Of a stretch of DNA of 55,352 nt, positions 43,528-52,061 are shown piece after piece. Within the stretch, counting starts at the first letter, position 1. Every line of letters begins with the position of its first letter. The notes beneath the pieces were generated by a model that worked only from the letters and a program-made list of their open reading frames with translations, was not told the DNA's origin and did no database searches. The stretch is from a virus (lineage: Duplodnaviria; Caudoviricetes): positions 1-55,352 of the IMG/VR virus record IMGVR_UViG_3300024323_000003. One strand, 5' to 3'. The translations under genes were made by a program, and so were the position numbers.

Positions 43528-44660
43528 AAAGATTACTGACTTTCACCGTTCTTATGCTGGCGCTCTCTGCTGGCGCTCAGTATCCACCGCCTTACGTTCA
43601 CAATTATTGGAGCACTCAGGCTCAGGCCCAGGTGAACAGCCCGATAATGAACTCGTCTCACGAGGTCACAAACTTCGTCAACAACGGCCAGACACTATCG
43701 AGCATTATGATTTTTGGGCTCGGAAACCTGGCGGCCGAATCAGGAAAGGTGGCGATCAACGACGACGGCTCGGGGAACTTCGCAAACAACACGTTCAGAT
43801 GGACAGCTGGCGGTGCTGTGACGGCAACAAGTTTTACCGGGGATGGCTCTGGATTGACCGGGCTTCCTTCTGGCGGAACCGGCATCGCCACCAACGGCGG
43901 CAGCGGGCTTAACAACTGGATGACCAATCTGCTCGCCAAGAATTTCACCAATGTAGGGCCAGTCATGGTATTTACCGATCCCGCCGCTCCACTTAATCCG
44001 ACGTTCATTACGAACATTAACTCTCAGTTTGCGATTGGTCAGATCGGGAACTATGCGGACTTGACGTTGAGGAATCTGACGGCGAGAGGAAACGTCCTCA
44101 TCCCTGGAGGCTTGGGTGGGTTCGGAGGTGATGGAAGCTCAATCACAGCCCTTAACGCCTCCAGCATTTCGAGCGGCACCGTTCCGGCAGCTAACGCCCC
44201 TAGCGGGAGCGTGATTCAATGCCTCGTCAGCAACTACACGGCCACCCTGCTCGGAACCAACGTCGCTCCGATTTGGAGCAACATTGTGGTGATCGCGTTC
44301 ACTCCCAAACTCAGCACTTCGCGGGTCGTGGTCGAGGGAAGCGCAATGGTTGGGGCGGCTAACTCCTTTGCGATGTTCATGCGGGTGGCAAAGAACAGAG
44401 CAGCCATGACGGTAGGCGACTCCGCTGGAAGTCGAATATCCTGTAACTGGTACGGCCAGTCTGCTGGTGCTGGATTTTGCGCCACCGCGGCCGGAACCTC
44501 AATCGAAAGCCCAGGAAGCACGACAACGGTTGAGTATTCGCTCCAACTGGCCACCGAATCAACCGGCACTTATTACGTGAATAGGAATGTGACCGACACC
44601 GCCACCGCAGTTTTCGGGCGCGGAACGAGCAGCCTTAAAATCACGGAATACGCGCCATGA
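43524..44660 (+). CDS. Tail-fibre-like protein with an N-terminal signal peptide
   Basis: MKRLLTFTVLMLALSAGA/Q; ATSFTGDGSGLTGL; GDGSSITALNASSISSGT; PSGSVIQ...FTPKLSTSRV...SSLKITE. Confidence 0.7.
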   Translation: MKRLLTFTVLMLALSAGAQYPPPYVHNYWSTQAQAQVNSPIMNSSHEVTNFVNNGQTLSSIMIFGLGNLAAESGKVAINDDGSGNFANNTFRWTAGGAVTATSFTGDGSGLTGLPSGGTGIATNGGSGLNNWMTNLLAKNFTNVGPVMVFTDPAAPLNPTFITNINSQFAIGQIGNYADLTLRNLTARGNVLIPGGLGGFGGDGSSITALNASSISSGTVPAANAPSGSVIQCLVSNYTATLLGTNVAPIWSNIVVIAFTPKLSTSRVVVEGSAMVGAANSFAMFMRVAKNRAAMTVGDSAGSRISCNWYGQSAGAGFCATAAGTSIESPGSTTTVEYSLQLATESTGTYYVNRNVTDTATAVFGRGTSSLKITEYAP

Positions 44661-44911
44661 CCGAATCCCTCCAAATCGCCATCATCGCCGGTCTGTGCGC
44701 TGGCCTCCCGCCCATCATCGTAAGCTGCATCAACCGCGTCCACGTCAGCCGCAAGATCAATGAGGTCCACGTCCAGATTAACAGTCGCATGGACTCGTGG
44801 ATGGCCGCAGCCAAAGCTTTGTCCCACTCGGAGGGTAAGGTCGAGGGCGCCGCCGAACAAAAGGCGTCCGACGAGCGGGACAAACTCAAAGGTCCACCGA
44901 GCAACCAATGA
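44657..44911 (+). CDS. Holin-like single-TM protein
   Basis: N-terminal TM, then KINEVHVQINSRM. Confidence 0.55.
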   Translation: MTESLQIAIIAGLCAGLPPIIVSCINRVHVSRKINEVHVQINSRMDSWMAAAKALSHSEGKVEGAAEQKASDERDKLKGPPSNQ

Positions 44912-45165
44912 CGACAACGGAACACAGCATTATGACGCTAAAAGAACCGCAGGGAAAAAAGGCCGGTCAACTCAACTTCAATACCGTCATCGGGATTGTC
45001 GCCGTGGCCACTATCGGCTGGGTTGGAAACACGCTCACGAAGGTCAACGATAAGGTGATGCGGATTGAGACGCTAATGGAGGTTCGCAGCGAGCAAATAG
45101 CGGCAGACGAAAAGCGGCTTGTCACCATCGAGGCTTTGATGGGGTTAAGGCCAAAGCAGCCATGA
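44908..45165 (+). CDS. Holin-like TM plus coiled-coil protein
   Basis: TVIGIVAVATIGWVG followed by heptads. Confidence 0.5.
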   Translation: MTTTEHSIMTLKEPQGKKAGQLNFNTVIGIVAVATIGWVGNTLTKVNDKVMRIETLMEVRSEQIAADEKRLVTIEALMGLRPKQP

Positions 45166-45662
45166 TTCGCTGGCTCCCAATTCTCTTGGCCGTCCTGTGC
45201 GGGTGCGCCTCGAATCCGATCACCAGGCACGGCATCCCTGAGTTTGGAACCATTGACCGAGAGAGCGGCCGATACCGCGGAGGTCAGCCCAATGCCGAAG
45301 GCGTCCAATGGCTCGTCTCCAAAGGCATCACGCGCCGGCTGAAGCTCAACACCGAGGCTGAGGGCAGCGATGCAGCGGAGCGGGCGGCGGGGATTCAGGT
45401 CCGCTACTCGCCCATCACCATCTGGCAGCAGTTGGGGCTTGTCAGCATAAGCACCAACCAGATTAACGATGCCGTTCTTTGGATGTCGCAGGGTCCGGTT
45501 TTTGTTGGGTGTCAGCATGGCCAGGACCGTACCGGGCTCGTGGTGGCGGTGTACAGGGTCAAAATCGAGGGCTGGACCAAGCGCCAGGCCCGCGCTGAAA
45601 TGCGGTTGCATCACTTCCACCCGTGGCTATTGGGACTCACATTTTACTGGTGGGATGTCTAA
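45162..45662 (+). CDS. Lipoprotein, PTP/dual-specificity (Cx5R) phosphatase
   Basis: Lipobox LCG-C; YRGGQP; PVFVGCQHGQDRTGLVVAVYR; WTKRQARAEM. Confidence 0.85.
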   Translation: MIRWLPILLAVLCGCASNPITRHGIPEFGTIDRESGRYRGGQPNAEGVQWLVSKGITRRLKLNTEAEGSDAAERAAGIQVRYSPITIWQQLGLVSISTNQINDAVLWMSQGPVFVGCQHGQDRTGLVVAVYRVKIEGWTKRQARAEMRLHHFHPWLLGLTFYWWDV

Positions 45663-45877
45663 TGCTGGCGGGTTGCTCAACTGCTGAGTTCGCGCAGCCA
45701 GTCTATTTCTACCACGAAAAGCCGGGGCCGGTGGCTGCGGCGGTGCGTAACAGCCAGCGAAAGGCCCTGAACGACGAGCAGGCTATCCGCGTGACCCGCG
45801 AAGCAATGAAGATTCACCATCACCGGCTGGCGACCAACCTGCCACCGATGCCACCCGATGAAGAAAGGCGACGTTGA
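45623..45877 (+). CDS. Putative lipoprotein (start uncertain)
   Basis: LMLAG-C lipobox. Confidence 0.5.
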   Translation: MAIGTHILLVGCLMLAGCSTAEFAQPVYFYHEKPGPVAAAVRNSQRKALNDEQAIRVTREAMKIHHHRLATNLPPMPPDEERRR

Positions 45878-46031
45878 GAAAACGATCAGGAAGGTGTTTT
45901 ACCGGCCGCCGAAGGAAAATGCTCCTTGGGCGGCGTGGATTCGGCGCAAGCAGCGTGACGAGGCTTGGAGCGAGCGCATGAACAGAAGAGCCTTGCGGAA
46001 GCTTAGGAAAAGGCGTAAAGGTGCCGAATGA
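45858..46031 (+). CDS. 57-aa basic protein
   Basis: MKKGDVEKTIRKVF...RKRRKGAE; ATGA overlap with the next gene; not in the ORF track. Confidence 0.45.
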   Translation: MKKGDVEKTIRKVFYRPPKENAPWAAWIRRKQRDEAWSERMNRRALRKLRKRRKGAE

Positions 46032-46252
46032 AGAAACTCATCCTTCCCACCCTCGCAGCGTTGATCCTGGCCGGCTGCTCGTCCACCAACGCCGCCAAAA
46101 TTATCGCTGCGGCAGCCAAAGATCCCGCGACGGTTCAGATCAAAGTCACCACGATCTACGGAAATGTCAGTTACACCCGCATTGGGGCTCGCACAAACGA
46201 AACGGTAACCGTGAGCACCGACGGAAGCGTGACGGTTAAGACCAATCCTTAA
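46028..46252 (+). CDS. Small lipoprotein (spanin-like)
   Basis: MKKLILPTLAALILAG-C lipobox; last gene of the late operon. Confidence 0.7.
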   Translation: MKKLILPTLAALILAGCSSTNAAKIIAAAAKDPATVQIKVTTIYGNVSYTRIGARTNETVTVSTDGSVTVKTNP

Positions 46253-46279
46253 TGCCTCTCGCTGGCTTTGGGGCGGGGG

Positions 46280-46600
46280 TCATGGAAGATATTCTGCCGG
46301 ATGATCCTTTATGATTCTCACGGCAGTTTTTGGTATTCCAACACAACTTGAACGCAGGGGCAGGAAAGGCTCAATCGGTTTCAACTTCTGAATTGAAAGC
46401 CCGCGTTGGCCGATTGAGCGATAGGCTGCAACTTTCACAATTTCACCTTTTGTCCATCGCGTGAACATGCCGCCCCCGGCTACGTCCATAGTCATAACTC
46501 CGATGCGCCAACGAGACAGACTGCCGTCCAAGTTCCGGTTAAGACTTGCCTTTGACCCGAATCCACCAACGGCTTTGATTGAGTATTCCACTTCGCTCAT
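46280..46600 (-). CDS. Hypothetical protein
   Basis: ATG 46600 with GGGGAG upstream and ATGA coupling. Confidence 0.55.
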   Translation of the reverse strand: MSEVEYSIKAVGGFGSKASLNRNLDGSLSRWRIGVMTMDVAGGGMFTRWTKGEIVKVAAYRSIGQRGLSIQKLKPIEPFLPLRSSCVGIPKTAVRIIKDHPAEYLP

Positions 46601-47043
46601 CGCTCCCCTTTCTCGCTCGCGGAGTAGAGCGAACGGGAGAAGCGACAAATTGTTTCCGGTAGTGTCGGGCCGGTGTTGCAACTTGCAACCACTTTGGCGT
46701 CGTCCTCGTCATGCGCCGAATCGAGCGAGACAATAAATTGCCCGTTATCGGGGTCAGCGCAGATTACGATTTAGAAATGAGTATCGCGCAACTTCTCCAC
46801 GCACGCTTTCAAAACCGCCATCGCGTCGGCGTTGTTGGTGGTTGGGTGGAACATTTCATCTTCAGGATGATCGCACTCATAAAGTTCTGGCAATCGCGCC
46901 TCTCCGGTCCACCTCAATTCTTGGCCCGGAACATTCCACGCCCTGCGATATTTTAATGATTGCGACTTATTTGGGGTCCACCCCATCACATGCTCGGCAA
47001 TCCAAGCATCAAGCTCCCGCAACTCATCGTTTTCAGTTTTCAT
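46597..47043 (-). pseudogene. Phage ABA-sandwich-like protein with an internal TAA
   Basis: ELDAWIAEHVMGW...PTTNNADAMAVL...THF*IVIC...TLPETICRF; frame stays open past the TAA at 46771-46773 to a coupled TGA. Confidence 0.7.
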
Positions 47044-47233
47044 AATCCTTTTCAAACGCCGCCTCATCATCGTATTCGCGCTGGACGGCACGCAGTTTTA
47101 CCGCTGCCTGCTCTAACTGCGCAGCAGCCAAATCTAGTTGGTGGTGCGACCGAATCATTTCGGATGCGTTCGCAACGTTGCGCTGTGCCTCAAGAAAGAC
47201 TCGAAAGGTTTGTGTTTTCATAAATTCACTCAA
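47033..47233 (-). CDS. Hypothetical protein
   Basis: Overlaps both neighbours in the operon. Confidence 0.55.
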   Translation of the reverse strand: MSEFMKTQTFRVFLEAQRNVANASEMIRSHHQLDLAAAQLEQAAVKLRAVQREYDDEAAFEKDYEN

Positions 47234-47456
47234 TCAGACCCGCCCTCACAGCGAGCCTCACCAATCCAGGCACGTCCCAAAGCTTCAACGCCTTCATAAG
47301 CGCGGCCCGGTGATACTCGGCAGTTTTTGGGCCGACCTGCATGGCTGAGGCAATCTCTTTCATGTTGGCTCCCTCGGCTATCATTTGCAGAGTTTCGCGC
47401 TGGCGGGGCGTCAGGCTTTCTACGGCGGTCATGGCTTGGCAGCGGGGGCAGGTCAT
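47226..47456 (-). CDS. LuxR/GerE-type HTH regulator
   Basis: LTPRQRETLQMIAEGANMKEIA...KTAEYHRAALMKAL. Confidence 0.9.
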   Translation of the reverse strand: MTCPRCQAMTAVESLTPRQRETLQMIAEGANMKEIASAMQVGPKTAEYHRAALMKALKLWDVPGLVRLAVRAGLIE

Positions 47457-47475
47457 GTGGCTATGCGCTTAAAGG

Positions 47476-47841
47476 TCATTTCCAGACAATCAAAAGCCCA
47501 CGGAACGGCAGGCCATGCTCGGCCTCGAACCATTTTCGCATGTCCGGCCAATTCTTGAAACCGTCTGCTTTGGCAAATTCTCCAAGCGGCCTATAAGTTT
47601 TTGCGGCGTGGCCAACCATGACCAAGTGACGGTCAATGATAACCCCGCACAGTCCTGTTATGGGGGCTTCCTTTAGCTTCACCTGCTTTGATCGGTAGGG
47701 AAGCCTTTTCCATTTTCGGCAATCAATAATGTCCCCAATTCTAGGAACACGCTTAGGCCACGGGCGGATCGTCTGTCGCTTTGCGCCGGACTTTACTAGC
47801 GGAGCAAACCGAGGCTTGAACATTCGCACGAATCGGCTCAT
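47476..47841 (-). CDS. ASCH-domain protein
   Basis: FKPRFAPLVKSGAKRQTIR, GD, AKADGF, F...HG. Confidence 0.85.
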   Translation of the reverse strand: MSRFVRMFKPRFAPLVKSGAKRQTIRPWPKRVPRIGDIIDCRKWKRLPYRSKQVKLKEAPITGLCGVIIDRHLVMVGHAAKTYRPLGEFAKADGFKNWPDMRKWFEAEHGLPFRGLLIVWK

Positions 47842-48167
47842 TGCTCACCCTCCAACCTAACGCCCTGGGATTCTAGGGCGGTGAGGGCTGCCATCAATTC
47901 GTAGTCACCTTTTCTTGAAGGAGTGCTTTTTACAGCTACTACCCGTGTCGCCGCTCTCGCCACAGCAATCAGGGCGGTGTTGGTGGCTTTGAGGCGTTCG
48001 ATTTCGCTCAGTTCCGTCATGCTTCCAGCGTGACCCTGTTTCCATTGCAGGTATTCCCAAGCCTCGTCTTTGACGGCAAAAGAGGCTATGCGTCGGCTGC
48101 AAAGCGGTTCACCTTCAAAGATCGTCCAAAGCAGTCCAGTTTTTCCTTGTTCAGATGCTCCAGTCAT
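47838..48167 (-). CDS. Hypothetical protein
   Basis: Coupled ORF in the minus-strand accessory operon. Confidence 0.55.
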   Translation of the reverse strand: MTGASEQGKTGLLWTIFEGEPLCSRRIASFAVKDEAWEYLQWKQGHAGSMTELSEIERLKATNTALIAVARAATRVVAVKSTPSRKGDYELMAALTALESQGVRLEGEQ

Positions 48168-48171
48168 AATT

Positions 48172-48597
48172 TTATCCTACTCGGTTGTCTATTTGAAAAC
48201 GTGCGGCTTCAAGCTCCGCCCTGACCGTGGCGAGTTCGGCGCGGAGTTGGTCCCTATTAGCTAACCATGCTTTGAATGCACTTTCTTGCGATTGAGTTAC
48301 GGCTTTATATTTTGCGTGCCACTCATCCCGTTCCGCTTCGGCGAGGAGTAGGGAGGGGAGTTGTGGTAAATGAGCAAGGATCACTTTGCTAGCTTCTTTC
48401 TGTCTGGATATTGTGATGCGTTCGTTTTCACTCGGTTCGTTCTGTCGGTCCTCTGGTTCCAGGTATGCTCTTGCTGAAGCGAGCTCGTCGTCTTGGTGTT
48501 GCCATTTCTCATTGAGTGAAACGAGCGTGTCTCCTAACGAGAAAGCACACTCTCTCGCCATCGTCTCCGCTTTAGTTTGGGCTTCGGTTGGGGTCAT
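48172..48597 (-). CDS. Hypothetical coiled-coil protein
   Basis: ERDE...RDQLRAEL; coupled. Confidence 0.6.
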   Translation of the reverse strand: MTPTEAQTKAETMARECAFSLGDTLVSLNEKWQHQDDELASARAYLEPEDRQNEPSENERITISRQKEASKVILAHLPQLPSLLLAEAERDEWHAKYKAVTQSQESAFKAWLANRDQLRAELATVRAELEAARFQIDNRVG

Positions 48598-48827
48598 AGT
48601 TTGTTTGGTGATTCTTGTTTCAGGACACGCAAGAGTTGCTCCATTTTGATGTTGTTGAAAACGTGTGCGGCTTTCATCCCTTCGTGGAAGTTAATGCCGT
48701 GGGTGTCTTTCCACTGTTCGCACAACTTAACCCAAGAGTCGCACGATTCTAATTCCTGTTCGTATTCCTTGCGGTAAATCTTCTCGAACTCCAAAATGGT
48801 TTTGGGATGTTGATATGACTCACTCAC
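48594..48827 (-). CDS. Hypothetical protein
   Basis: Coupled ORF. Confidence 0.55.
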   Translation of the reverse strand: MSESYQHPKTILEFEKIYRKEYEQELESCDSWVKLCEQWKDTHGINFHEGMKAAHVFNNIKMEQLLRVLKQESPNKL

Positions 48828-48906
48828 GGCTTCACCCTCGCTTTCGTCGGAATCTCCACCCGCGAACCGGGATTGCTCGCGCCGTTGCTGATTCGGATTG
48901 ATGATT

Positions 48907-49254
48907 TCATGCTTTTAGTTTGTCGAAATACAGCCGCCATAAGTTCTCGTTGTGTGATTTGAATTGATCTTCGGCATCCTTAAAATTGGCAGCGTCAAAT
49001 TCTTCGCATTGCACCGTCCACGCGCCCTCGTTGTGGAAAAGCTCGTGCTCGTGGCCTTTTGCGTCCGTGGTTGAAATCTTCACCGAGCCGCGCACAGACA
49101 AAATGCCGTCCTTTAATTCACAGGTCCAAATGTTGGCCGGAAGCGTCTGGTGATAGAGGGCCTTACCATCCCCGCGCTGGCAGAATACGTAAATCCACCC
49201 CGGCGCAATTGTGCGGTCGAGAACGGCAATTCCGATGGCTTTGTCTCCGGTCAT
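48907..49254 (-). CDS. Hypothetical protein
   Basis: ATG 49254 just after the upstream stop. Confidence 0.6.
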   Translation of the reverse strand: MTGDKAIGIAVLDRTIAPGWIYVFCQRGDGKALYHQTLPANIWTCELKDGILSVRGSVKISTTDAKGHEHELFHNEGAWTVQCEEFDAANFKDAEDQFKSHNENLWRLYFDKLKA

Positions 49255-49258
49255 ATTT

Positions 49259-49477
49259 TTACGCCTTTCTTGGATTGCCTGCGCCAATGCCCATAGTTAT
49301 GCATCTGTCACAGCGATTAACGAAAAGGATACCGTGCTCGCAGTAATGATCTCGGCTGGCTGGTTTCTCTTTCTGGATTGCGTGAATGTATTCTTCAAGC
49401 AGGCTTCGGTCGGCCTTGTCTATCAGAATGTCGCGGCAGATTTCGTCTGCCCATTGGTCGGGTGTTTTCATGGTCAT
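49259..49477 (-). CDS. Hypothetical protein
   Basis: CEHG...CDRC; ATGA-coupled. Confidence 0.5.
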   Translation of the reverse strand: MTMKTPDQWADEICRDILIDKADRSLLEEYIHAIQKEKPASRDHYCEHGILFVNRCDRCITMGIGAGNPRKA

Positions 49478-49662
49478 GTTTGATCGTTGGATGCCGCAAT
49501 CCAGCAGGCGTGAAGGAGCTTTTTGAATCGCGGCATTCTGGCTTCGGGATGCGACATAAACTCTAGTTCGCGGCAAAGCCTTCTCCATGCCTGGACCGCT
49601 TCTTCGCCGTCAAGTTTTTGCGCCTGCTTAAGAACCATTTCCACTTGGTCTTTTCTGTTCAT
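49474..49662 (-). CDS. Hypothetical protein
   Basis: ATG 49662 after the upstream stop. Confidence 0.5.
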   Translation of the reverse strand: MNRKDQVEMVLKQAQKLDGEEAVQAWRRLCRELEFMSHPEARMPRFKKLLHACWIAASNDQT

Positions 49663-49672
49663 AAAAGGCGGG

Positions 49673-49972
49673 TCATCGGCCAAAACTTTCCTGAGTGTAT
49701 TCGATATACTCGCTTCCGTTATCGGCGGCGTGTTCCATTGCCGTGTCAAGAACATCGGTCAGAATCGTGCTGCCATCCTCGCGCTCGTTGGCAAGTTCGC
49801 GAGCAACGTCCTTGGCGAATCCTTCGGTGTTTGTTACCTTGACCTGCAATCGCTCTTGGTCTGCAAATGCCAGCGTGTCCACGCCAATGCTGATTACAAG
49901 GCAGCCGTCTTTAACCTCACATTTAAGAGGCTGATCTACTCTGGTTGGATCTCCGTTTTTGTCTCTTTTCAT
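49673..49972 (-). CDS. Hypothetical protein
   Basis: LVISIGVDTLAFA...EDGSTIL; ATGA-coupled. Confidence 0.7.
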   Translation of the reverse strand: MKRDKNGDPTRVDQPLKCEVKDGCLVISIGVDTLAFADQERLQVKVTNTEGFAKDVARELANEREDGSTILTDVLDTAMEHAADNGSEYIEYTQESFGR

Positions 49973-50268
49973 ATTGTCCTGTAAGGCACCCTCCGCAAAG
50001 ACTTCTGCATCGTCTTGAACGCTCGAATGTCGTGCTTTGGAACGGGGCGAAGCTTGAAACGCCCAACGAGTTCGTCCAGCGTGCAGCCGAGTGGTCGGGC
50101 CAGTTTTAATAGGGTGCTGAGAGAGGGTTCTCGCTTGCCGGATTCCAGCGTCCAGATGCTCATGCGCGTAACGCCAGCGCATCGCGCTAAATCCGCCTGC
50201 GACCAATGCTGGGCTTTGCGGAGGATTTTAAGACTTTCCGAGAAATCGTTGACGATTTGTGTTTTCAT
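49969..50268 (-). CDS. XRE-family HTH regulator
   Basis: LKILRKAQHWSQADLA...IWTLESGKREPSLSTLLKLA..LGCTLDELVG. Confidence 0.9.
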   Translation of the reverse strand: MKTQIVNDFSESLKILRKAQHWSQADLARCAGVTRMSIWTLESGKREPSLSTLLKLARPLGCTLDELVGRFKLRPVPKHDIRAFKTMQKSLRRVPYRTI

Positions 50269-50765
50269 GGCTTCACCTGTGCTTTGACCGGCACTTCCGT
50301 CCGACTGTTCGCGTTCGAGGCTGACACAGACCAAAACACACCATGCCCCGGTCGCCAGTCGTTCGAGAAAATAACTGACGTGCCGTTCGTGACGATCAGG
50401 ACAGGCCAAGTCCAAGCGTTGCTCAGACTGGCCGGTAGATTCGTCCAGGCCATACCCCTAACGCGATAGACCGTATCCGTGCTGCCGCTTCCATCCCATG
50501 ACACCGTGACGCGATACAGAGGCACCGGAGGCTTTGCAGGGGCGAGAGCGCGGCTTATGGCGGGCGGATTGAGGCCGGGAAACTCTGTCAGGTTCGTGCT
50601 TAGATGGTTCGGCGTCATGCCAACCGGATAGCCCAGCGGAACCGCGCGGAGGTCGGTCGCGCCGAAGTCGGCTCCATTCGCGCGGCGGCAACTGTGAACC
50701 ACCAACGCCAGGCCAATGACGATAAGGGCAATTCCGGCGATGGTTCGGGTGGGGTTTGGTTTCAT
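50265..50765 (-). CDS. Secreted or membrane-anchored protein with an FN3-like C-terminal domain
   Basis: N-terminal TM; VTVSWD...YRVRG...FWSVSASN. Confidence 0.6.
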   Translation of the reverse strand: MKPNPTRTIAGIALIVIGLALVVHSCRRANGADFGATDLRAVPLGYPVGMTPNHLSTNLTEFPGLNPPAISRALAPAKPPVPLYRVTVSWDGSGSTDTVYRVRGMAWTNLPASLSNAWTWPVLIVTNGTSVIFSNDWRPGHGVFWSVSASNANSRTEVPVKAQVKP

Positions 50766-51169
50766 TCGCCTGTCTTGATGAAATGGTCAATGCGCCGGAC
50801 GGCTTGACGGGCGAAGGCGGGAGTGCCTTCTTTTTCCTCAGATATTCTTTGTAATTTGTAAGGCCAGTTGTAGAAACCGAAAAGCCTACTGCTGTCGTGC
50901 ATAGAAAGTCCGAGCAACTTGGTCGCTACGGCTCCGGCCATAGACCCAACTTCTTTGTAAGTTATGTTAGGTTTTTGCTTATTAGCAATTGCGACAGCCC
51001 ATCCACCAATGCAGGCAGCAGTTCCGCAATTTGGGATTTTCCTTGAAGATGTTATCGCATCTCGAAACCACCAACTCATGTGGAATTGGCGCGGCTCTTT
51101 TAGGATTTGCTTCTGAATCTTCCGCAGCAGGCGAACGTTCATTTTTGGTTTTGTTGGTTTTGTTTTCAT
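50762..51169 (-). CDS. Conserved-looking hypothetical phage protein
   Basis: FHMSWW...CGTAACIGGWA...LF. Confidence 0.7.
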   Translation of the reverse strand: MKTKPTKPKMNVRLLRKIQKQILKEPRQFHMSWWFRDAITSSRKIPNCGTAACIGGWAVAIANKQKPNITYKEVGSMAGAVATKLLGLSMHDSSRLFGFYNWPYKLQRISEEKEGTPAFARQAVRRIDHFIKTGE

Positions 51170-51173
51170 AATT

Positions 51174-51596
51174 TTACTGCGCCGTAGAAAGGGTGAGCGC
51201 GGCGGTTGGCTTTATTATCTCCCGAAACTCAGCCATTGATTTAACAAGGTGGCACAGGTGCCCAAACCTGTTTAGCTGCATCGCAAATCCAATCTGGTCA
51301 ACCGTGCGCTTGCCTGAGCGGGACTTGCATTCGATAGCGTGAACCCTGCCACGGTCTGCAAAGATAATGAAGTCGGCAACGCCGTTCCCCGCCGTGGATT
51401 TGCGGTCCATTCGGTTGTGAGCGTAGGCCCAGCCCCGCTCGCGGCAATAGGCGATGATTTCGCTGTGCAAGTCGCCCTCGTCCTCGACAGCTTTAGCGTC
51501 GGCATCAACGAGTCGTTGGATGGATTTGGGAACGGTTTTGCCGTTCGCGTCAAACTTCCGATTCTGCTCCAGGGCTTGGTCGAGGGTGAGTTTCAT
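51174..51596 (-). CDS. VRR-NUC nuclease (resolvase-like)
   Basis: EGDLHSEI, GVADFI, IECKS, DQIGF. Confidence 0.85.
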   Translation of the reverse strand: MKLTLDQALEQNRKFDANGKTVPKSIQRLVDADAKAVEDEGDLHSEIIAYCRERGWAYAHNRMDRKSTAGNGVADFIIFADRGRVHAIECKSRSGKRTVDQIGFAMQLNRFGHLCHLVKSMAEFREIIKPTAALTLSTAQ

Positions 51597-51886
51597 GGTC
51601 GCAAAAGCTTTTCGATGAGCGCATAATCCTGCTCGCTAACTATGGCTTGCAGGCGTTCGAGTTCCGATTCCAGCGCGGCGATGCGAGCTTGCGCGGTTTC
51701 GAGTTCGTTAGCGCACTGGTGTGCTATAACGGCACCCGGGCCGGTATTTCCGTGGCAAAATAATTCACGCAATCTCTCAACTGTCTCACTCGACGACTTG
51801 ACCAATGGCTGCGAGATTCGCGGCACCGTCTCGCCCTCAATCATCCGCGACTCAATGTCAGCTTTTCTGGCGTCGTGATCGTCCAT
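51593..51886 (-). CDS. Hypothetical coiled-coil protein
   Basis: VERLR...ANELE...RIAALE. Confidence 0.6.
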   Translation of the reverse strand: MDDHDARKADIESRMIEGETVPRISQPLVKSSSETVERLRELFCHGNTGPGAVIAHQCANELETAQARIAALESELERLQAIVSEQDYALIEKLLRP

Positions 51887-52061
51887 ATTAGTCGTGGTCG
51901 GATGGTGCTGGTCGTTTCAAATCTTCAAGTCCGCAGAGCTGGCATTCCCAACGGCTGCAATCGAACGTGCCCCCGATAACGTCAGGATCGCCGCCCCAAT
52001 CGTCTATCCACTTTCCAGTCATGCTCTCAGGGCGGCTCAGTTGAACGTTCAGCATCCATAA

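Noticed and set aside
3183-52029. Genome-wide stop-codon reassignment suggested by in-frame stops at 3183, 46771 and 52027
   Set aside because: The stops are of different types (TGA and TAA). TGA ends many genes in ATGA overlaps, and long genes are intact under the standard code.
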